In this document: in pieces, positions 57,593 to 64,000 of the stretch | How the letters are laid out: each line of letters opens with the position of its first letter | How positions within the stretch are numbered: position 1 is the first letter of the stretch | IMG/VR virus record: IMGVR_UViG_3300010998_000005 | Span: 1-64,000 of that record | Origin: a virus | Lineage: Duplodnaviria; Caudoviricetes | Length of the DNA stretch: 64,000 nucleotides | Direction: 5' to 3' (one strand) | Position numbers and translations under genes: made by a program | Notes under the pieces: model-generated | What the model was told of the DNA's origin: nothing | Databases searched by the model: none | Seen by the model: the letters and a program-made list of their open reading frames with translations, nothing else

Positions 57593-60500
57593 ATGGCAGC
57601 AACAGAACCAACGATTATAGTCGGAAAATTAGATGACAAGGCGTTACAAGAGTCTATCGACAAACTTATTTCCGATGTTAACAACAAGTTAAACGGAAGT
57701 GATGGTCTTGCAGGTAAGTTTAAGAGTGGTATAGAGGCAATGCAAAATAGCCTAAACTCTTTTGCGACCACCATAAAAGCCGTCAAAGGTGACGTTGGTG
57801 ATATGTCAAAGTCCTTTGAGGCTATGTTCAAGGCTATGAGTGGTACTGGTGGTAGTGGTGCAAGTGGCGGTGGAAAAGGTGGTACTACAAGTGGTGCATC
57901 TACAACCGCATCTGCACCAAACACTATTGGCGAACTTAAAGAGCAAATTAAGTTGCAAGGTCAAATTGTAGACCAACAAGTAAGAAGTACGGCAGAAAAG
58001 GAACGCCAAGTAAACAAACAACGTCAACTTACAAACGAACTTGAAAAAGAACTTCGTAGCACTGCACAATCAAGGTTGCAAAGAGGATTAAATATGCAAC
58101 CCCAAGGTTTAGACGAAGCACAAAGAAAATTACAATATCTGCAAGCCGTACAACGTAGATATGCAAACACTACACAACTTAGCGCACAAGAGCAAAGAAA
58201 TCTTGCTAACGCTATTGCAGGAACACAAAGGGAAATTGCAAAGATAAACAATACACGCCCAAAAACCTTAAAAGAGGTGCTTGGTATGGATGAAAGTAGC
58301 GTGGATGCCATAACACGTAAGATGCGCGAATTAAAGCGCGTACAAATAGACACAAACGATGCAACGCAAGTCAAGAACTTGGCAAGCAAATATCAAGAAC
58401 TTACAAACAAGCGGCGTGAAATGCTTGGTCAAAACCAGTTATTAGAAAACTCTAACCTTTCACTTGCTCGTTCATTCAACTACATACGCAACCGACTTGT
58501 GTATGCTTTTACTATTGGTGCGGTAGTAAACTTTACAAAGGAAATTGTAAGGGTAAGGGCAGAATACGAAATGCTTGACCGTTCACTTGGTATTCTTATA
58601 GGTGACATGGAAAAGGGAACGCAGATTTTCAATGAATTAAACGAAATGGCATTGAAATCTCCGTTTACCTTGATAGAACTTGGTACGGCTGCGAAGCAAC
58701 TTACGGCATACAACTTCGCCGCTAACGAGGTTGTAGATACTACACGCAGATTGGCAGATATCAGTGCTGCTTTGGGCGTACCTATGGAACGTCTGACCTA
58801 TAACTTAGGACAGATTAAGGCGCAAGGTGTATTGAACGCACGTGATGCACGTGACTTTGCCAACGCAGGTTTGGCTATCGTGCCTATGCTTGCACAACTT
58901 TACACAAAGCAAAAGAGATTTGGTGATGAAATAGTTACTACGGCACAAGTGTATGATATGATGTCAAAGAAGATGGTATCATACGGTGATGTGTTGCACG
59001 TACTTACGGACATCACCGATGAGGGTGGTAAATTCTTTGATTTCCAAGCAAAGCAAGCCGACACGTTAAAGGTGCAACTTGCAAACCTTACTTTGGCATA
59101 CAACAATATGCTAAACGAAATAGGCACGGACAATCAAGGTGTTATTTCGGGCGCATTGGGTCTGCTAAGAAGTTTGGCGCAAAACTGGAAAACGGTGAAG
59201 AACGCAATCCTTACCGTTGTGACTGCCCTTGGAGCATACAAGGGGGCTTTGATGCTTGCCTATTTATGGAGCAAGAGGGTAGCTGCAGGGGAAACGATAA
59301 AGGCATTTTATGAACTTGCGAAATCTGTAAAGACTGCCAAAGATGCAATGATTTTGTTCAATACCGTTTGTAAAGCAAATCCTTTGGGAATATTTGTTAG
59401 TTTACTTGCAACCGCAGGTGCGGCTTTCCTTGTGTTTGGCGATGATGTAGATGAAGTATCCGAAAATGTAGAAATGTTTGGAGAAAATGCTTGGCAAACC
59501 GTAAGCAAAGTCAAGTCTTTACAAAAGGTGTTGCTTGGATTGGATGAAAATACTTCTACTTATAAAAAGACATTACAAGAACTTAACGGTATATTAGACG
59601 AATACGGCATAACGGAGATAAAGAACCGTGATGAGATAAACAAAAAGATAGAGCAAACAATCGCCTTAATAGAAGAAGAGGCTTCTGCACGCCAATATGC
59701 TAACCAAATGGCAAAAGGTGAAGAAACCTACAATAAAGCCGTTGCAGATGCCAATAGTAAACTTTCAAGTGAATACAACGATTTATTTAAGGGGGTATTT
59801 GGTTATGACAAGGCAATGGCTGAACAGATGGCTAATGCCTTTACAAGTGTCACTGCGCAAATCATACAAGCGAACATAAAAAGTGTCATCAACAAAACTG
59901 GGGATGAATACGAAAAGGGTGTAGTACAAATAAAGGTACGTTTGGAGGATGCTTTCAGAAAAATGGGATATAGCGAAGTGCAGATTTCCATGATTATGAG
60001 AGAAATGAAAGGCGATATTGATGATAACATAGAGTCAGTAAAACAAGCCACCGAAGCACAAAATGCACACAACGAGGTTATAGAAAAGGCTTATAGCAAA
60101 GGACAAAAACTAAGCAAGGGCGTACTTGCCTTCAACCAAAAGTTGCAAGCACAAAGGAAAGTTATGACCGATGCTTCTACGGATGCCAAAACCTTGTATA
60201 ATCGCATATATAGCATTGTTGACCTTGCAAAGAAGAATAGCAAGAATACTATTACTTTCGACCTGCAACTTACGGCAACAAACCCACCAAAGTGGATGAA
60301 GAACTTTTCCGATGAAAGGATAAGGGAACTTGCAGTTTCTTTCGGTGCAATCGCAGCCGCAGGTGGTCGCGCAAAGGGTATGACGAGGGAACAAACCCTA
60401 CAAAGGTCTTTGGAATATGCGAGCGAGAATAGGTTGCGTGAAGAAGCCAAGGCAAGCGACAAGGCAGACAAAACCTCCAAGACACGCACGAAGCAAACCG

Positions 60501-63397
60501 ATGAATTTGCCAAGGCGATAAAAGAAGTCGGTAATGCCATGACCAATACACGAAAGAAGCAACAGGAATTGCTTAAAGAGGGTATTGATGGCACTACGAT
60601 ATTGAATAGCATTTCGGAAAACTACGGCAAGACCATAGATATAAACAACGAGAAATTGCAATCTTTCGGCGTGAAAGGCTTGAAGACTGCAAAAGACTTT
60701 GCGAATATGGGGCAAAGGGAACAAAAGAGTTTCCTTATGTCTTTACTTGATGTTGCAAAGTTAAGGGGTAGTGCCGAGGCAATAGAATACATTGAAGGCA
60801 AACTTGCAGACCTCAATGAGGAAATCCTTAAAACGGATAACAAAACGCTTGTAGATAGCCTTAAAAGCGATTTAGAGCAGTTAAAGAACGAATACGAAAT
60901 AGGCATAGAATTAGATGCGAACCCCGAACTTGGTGGTATTATTGCACAAACTTTCGGCTTTACCGATGAACAAATGCAATCTATACCACGCACGGCAAAG
61001 GATATTGCGGAAAAGATACAGAAAATCTTTGACGACAAGCTTGGCAAGGGTAAGTTGAATTTCCTTGACTATACCGACAAGAAAGCCCTTCAAAGTGCTA
61101 TGGGTAATCTTGGTATTGACCCCAAAAGTGCCAAAGCAGAGGCACTGTATGCTTATGCTGAACTTTATAACAAAATACTTAAAGACGAAACAAAGGCGCA
61201 AACCGATGAATGGAACAAGTTGCTTGAAAAGTATGCAGAATACGAATACAAGCAATCGCAAATACAAAAGAAAGCCGTAGAGGAACGTAAGGACTTTGCT
61301 ATGCGTCTTGGCAATGAGGAACAAAAGAGTCGTGCAATGCAACTCGTTACTCTAATAGGTGTTGCAGCCGACCCAACGCAAAAGCAAGCACTCGTAGAAC
61401 AATTAAAGACTTTGTTGCGAGAAATTGCAGGCGATGATGAGGCAAAACTAAATATCGTTGTTGGTATCGACAACAAGGAAGCGGAAGAAAGTGCTACTTT
61501 GGCATTTGAGGAGTTCAAGAAGAACCCTGAATGGCTTGTTGCTACGGGCGACCTTGCAGGACTTACCGACAAGGCTTTGCGTGGTCTTATTGGGGATATA
61601 GAAGATTACAAGAAGAAAGCCAAAAATCTTAATCCAAAGCAAATTAAGGAAATCAACAAGGCTTTGCGTGCATTGCATAAGCAAGTGCGCCAAGGCAGTC
61701 CGTTTGCTGCCATTGCTGATATATTTGAACAAGCCAAAGAAAGGGCAAGCGAATACGATGAGGAAATCGCAAAGGTCGAAAAGCAAATGCAAGACCTTAA
61801 CGAAATCAGCGAGAACGGAGGCGAACTTTCCGATGAACAATCAAAAAAACTTAAAACCCTTAAAGACCGTTGGGAAGAACTTAAAGAAAAGAAAAAGGAT
61901 GCTGAAAAGGTTGACACAAAAGCCCTTGTGGATGGCATAAATGGAATGATAAGCGTTATATCGCAAGCCACGAATGCTATTGGCGAAATGTTTGAAGCCT
62001 TTGGCTCTGGAGGTAAAAATGCCTCAAAAACAATGAAAGACATTATGTCCGTCGTAGAGAAAGGCGGTCAATTTGCTGCGATAGGTGCGCAAATCGGTGG
62101 TGGCTATGGTGCTATCATTGGTGCTGTGGCAGGTGTTGCAACTGGGCTTATTTCCATACTTGCAAGTGCTTCAAATGAAAGAATCACCGAACAGGTCGAA
62201 GAGTCCGAGCGTGCAGTAAAGGAACTTGAAAACGCATACAAAAGACTTACCTATGCGGTCGAAGACTCCTTTGGCACTATAGTAATGGGATTTAAGCAAG
62301 CGCAAAAAGCAAACAGGGAATATCAACTTGTAGAACTCAAGCGTCAACTCCAACTTGAACAATCACGTTCAAGCAAGAACCGTGACGAAGATAAAATACG
62401 TGACCTCCAATCCCAAATTATTGAACTCGAACACGAGATAGCGAAAGCAACAGAAGAAACCCTCAACGATATAATGGGAATATCCTCTCTTGGTGAGTTC
62501 TTCCAAGGTCTCGTGGACGATATGATAGATGCGTTCAAGAATGGCGAGGACGGTATGAAGAAGTTCGCTGAAAGTTGGGATGAAATGGTGGACTCTATGG
62601 TAGGTAAGTTACTCCTTCAAAAGGTCTTTACACCTTTCATAAACGCTATGAGCGAGGATATGCAAGACATTATAGAAAAATACACCAAAGATAGTTCCAA
62701 GGAAAGAGCGAATTTGACAAGCCTTACTGCCAACCTAAAGGACATGACGGGAGAACAAGTCTTAGGACACTATTTTCAAAAAAACTTGGACGAATTGGAA
62801 GATACGCTCGTAGCAATGGGGCAAGAAGTTCCTGAGTGGTTAAGTGAAAGGAATTGGTCAAAAAATCAGGGAAATGACCGTTGGAAGTGGCAAGCAAGTG
62901 TTGATTTGGAGGCAATCAAGCAGGCGTATATCGCTCGTATCGAAAATGGTATATCTTCCCTCGATGAAAAGATTGCTTATCAAACTGCCGATGCTACGGA
63001 GGAACTTATTGAGTACGCAAAGCAAAAGAAAGAGGAAGCAAAGGGGTTGTTCTCCGAGGATTTAATGAATCTCTTAAAGGGGTACTACACCTTTGGTCAA
63101 GACAACGAAAAGGAGTTGTCGGCGTTGCAAAGGGGTATTCAGGGCATAACCGAAGATACGGCAGGAGCGTTGGAAGCAATAACAAATGGTATATCTCAAC
63201 AATGCTACTTGCAGTCAGACCTCCTTACCCAAATCCGCGATGCCGTAGTTGCCATTGACAGTGATGTTCAAACGAGTACACAAGCCGAAATGCTTTTGCA
63301 ACTGCAACAATCCTATCAAGTTCAAATGTCTATCGAAAGCATTTTGCAAGGCGTACTTGTTCCGAGTGGTCGTGCATTTGCCGTAGAAATACAATAA
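57593..63397 (+). CDS. Tail tape measure protein
   Basis: 1934 aa helical; tape-measure domain LGTAAKQLTAYNF...LTYNLGQIKAQG. Confidence 0.92.
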   Translation: MAATEPTIIVGKLDDKALQESIDKLISDVNNKLNGSDGLAGKFKSGIEAMQNSLNSFATTIKAVKGDVGDMSKSFEAMFKAMSGTGGSGASGGGKGGTTSGASTTASAPNTIGELKEQIKLQGQIVDQQVRSTAEKERQVNKQRQLTNELEKELRSTAQSRLQRGLNMQPQGLDEAQRKLQYLQAVQRRYANTTQLSAQEQRNLANAIAGTQREIAKINNTRPKTLKEVLGMDESSVDAITRKMRELKRVQIDTNDATQVKNLASKYQELTNKRREMLGQNQLLENSNLSLARSFNYIRNRLVYAFTIGAVVNFTKEIVRVRAEYEMLDRSLGILIGDMEKGTQIFNELNEMALKSPFTLIELGTAAKQLTAYNFAANEVVDTTRRLADISAALGVPMERLTYNLGQIKAQGVLNARDARDFANAGLAIVPMLAQLYTKQKRFGDEIVTTAQVYDMMSKKMVSYGDVLHVLTDITDEGGKFFDFQAKQADTLKVQLANLTLAYNNMLNEIGTDNQGVISGALGLLRSLAQNWKTVKNAILTVVTALGAYKGALMLAYLWSKRVAAGETIKAFYELAKSVKTAKDAMILFNTVCKANPLGIFVSLLATAGAAFLVFGDDVDEVSENVEMFGENAWQTVSKVKSLQKVLLGLDENTSTYKKTLQELNGILDEYGITEIKNRDEINKKIEQTIALIEEEASARQYANQMAKGEETYNKAVADANSKLSSEYNDLFKGVFGYDKAMAEQMANAFTSVTAQIIQANIKSVINKTGDEYEKGVVQIKVRLEDAFRKMGYSEVQISMIMREMKGDIDDNIESVKQATEAQNAHNEVIEKAYSKGQKLSKGVLAFNQKLQAQRKVMTDASTDAKTLYNRIYSIVDLAKKNSKNTITFDLQLTATNPPKWMKNFSDERIRELAVSFGAIAAAGGRAKGMTREQTLQRSLEYASENRLREEAKASDKADKTSKTRTKQTDEFAKAIKEVGNAMTNTRKKQQELLKEGIDGTTILNSISENYGKTIDINNEKLQSFGVKGLKTAKDFANMGQREQKSFLMSLLDVAKLRGSAEAIEYIEGKLADLNEEILKTDNKTLVDSLKSDLEQLKNEYEIGIELDANPELGGIIAQTFGFTDEQMQSIPRTAKDIAEKIQKIFDDKLGKGKLNFLDYTDKKALQSAMGNLGIDPKSAKAEALYAYAELYNKILKDETKAQTDEWNKLLEKYAEYEYKQSQIQKKAVEERKDFAMRLGNEEQKSRAMQLVTLIGVAADPTQKQALVEQLKTLLREIAGDDEAKLNIVVGIDNKEAEESATLAFEEFKKNPEWLVATGDLAGLTDKALRGLIGDIEDYKKKAKNLNPKQIKEINKALRALHKQVRQGSPFAAIADIFEQAKERASEYDEEIAKVEKQMQDLNEISENGGELSDEQSKKLKTLKDRWEELKEKKKDAEKVDTKALVDGINGMISVISQATNAIGEMFEAFGSGGKNASKTMKDIMSVVEKGGQFAAIGAQIGGGYGAIIGAVAGVATGLISILASASNERITEQVEESERAVKELENAYKRLTYAVEDSFGTIVMGFKQAQKANREYQLVELKRQLQLEQSRSSKNRDEDKIRDLQSQIIELEHEIAKATEETLNDIMGISSLGEFFQGLVDDMIDAFKNGEDGMKKFAESWDEMVDSMVGKLLLQKVFTPFINAMSEDMQDIIEKYTKDSSKERANLTSLTANLKDMTGEQVLGHYFQKNLDELEDTLVAMGQEVPEWLSERNWSKNQGNDRWKWQASVDLEAIKQAYIARIENGISSLDEKIAYQTADATEELIEYAKQKKEEAKGLFSEDLMNLLKGYYTFGQDNEKELSALQRGIQGITEDTAGALEAITNGISQQCYLQSDLLTQIRDAVVAIDSDVQTSTQAEMLLQLQQSYQVQMSIESILQGVLVPSGRAFAVEIQ

Positions 63398-63420
63398 TAA
63401 TCACACAAAACAAAAGAGAT

Positions 63421-64000
63421 ATGGAAGATGCTTCATTCAACTATTACAAAAACGCTTTACTAAGTAATCTTTGCGAAGAATACAAAGCAGAGTGGAGGGC
63501 AAAGAGAAACGACAAGTTAGCGTTGATGAAACTTGCGCTAAAGCAACAGAGCATACCGCATTGTGCTACGTTCGCCTATCAAGGCAAGGGTATAACCAAG
63601 GAATATATGCTAAAGGAATTTGGCGATTATCTAAACGGCTATGTGGTAAACGATGCGGACAATGTTAAAGGCTACACCTATACTTGGTATGTAGGCTATG
63701 ACTACGACAACGACATAGATGTTACTTGCGATGTAACGCATATATCGTGGACTAAGAATAAGACGCTTGTTGTGCCGCAATGCCGATGCCCTATCATTCA
63801 TATTAGCAACAAGTCAAAGGTAAGGATATTATGCGAGGGGTGGAATAGCCTTATCATACACCTCTATGACGAAAGCGAAGTGACGATAGATGATGCCGAC
63901 GAGCATAGCAAGGTCTTTGTCTATCAGTATAGCGACAAGGTGAAAGTTAGTGAGGGCAAGTATAACTTTGCCACGATATGCAAGCGTGAACGCAATATAA
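63421..64000 (+). CDS. Hypothetical protein after the tape measure (runs off the window)
   Basis: Manual translation MEDASFNYYKNALLSNLCEEYKAEW..., open to the window end. Confidence 0.65.
   Translation, partial: MEDASFNYYKNALLSNLCEEYKAEWRAKRNDKLALMKLALKQQSIPHCATFAYQGKGITKEYMLKEFGDYLNGYVVNDADNVKGYTYTWYVGYDYDNDIDVTCDVTHISWTKNKTLVVPQCRCPIIHISNKSKVRILCEGWNSLIIHLYDESEVTIDDADEHSKVFVYQYSDKVKVSEGKYNFATICKRERNI

Noticed and set aside
1-64000. Stop-codon reassignment (as in some gut phages)
   Set aside because: Long genes are intact in the standard code and no suppressor tRNA is present; the MTase breaks are frame changes, not in-frame TAG or TGA.

Overview
Most of the genome of a tailed dsDNA phage (long tape measure, tail tube, tail-chaperone frameshift: siphovirus-like). 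The host is inferred to be Bacteroidota/Bacteroidales from several TTTG-N20-TAnnTTTG promoters and Bacteroidetes-type proteins. Four transcription blocks are visible: a leftward accessory arm (1-16 kb, minus); an AT-rich divergence zone (14.6-17.1 kb); a rightward DNA-modification/replication arm (17-36.3 kb, plus); and the virion region, with terminase-portal-lysis-large tail protein-unknown operon on minus (51.3 to 36.4 kb) and scaffold-capsid-tail-tape measure on plus (51.5-64 kb). Three tRNAs (Ser-GCT, Glu-TTC, Gln-TTG) are present; no integrase, reverse transcriptase or CRISPR array was seen. Main findings: (1) a cytosine-C5 methyltransferase split into N- and C-terminal catalytic halves separated by nine overlapping 45-65-codon target-recognition-like cassettes, four interrupted by out-of-frame poly-C/poly-G tracts; (2) all three methyltransferases and the two HNH nucleases beside them end in a Q-L/P-x-L-F beta-clamp-binding-like motif, and the phage encodes its own DnaN clamp; (3) both HNH genes appear to have inserted into methyltransferase 3' ends, supplying a replacement tail and capturing the original one. 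Family names come from recalled motifs, not database searches.
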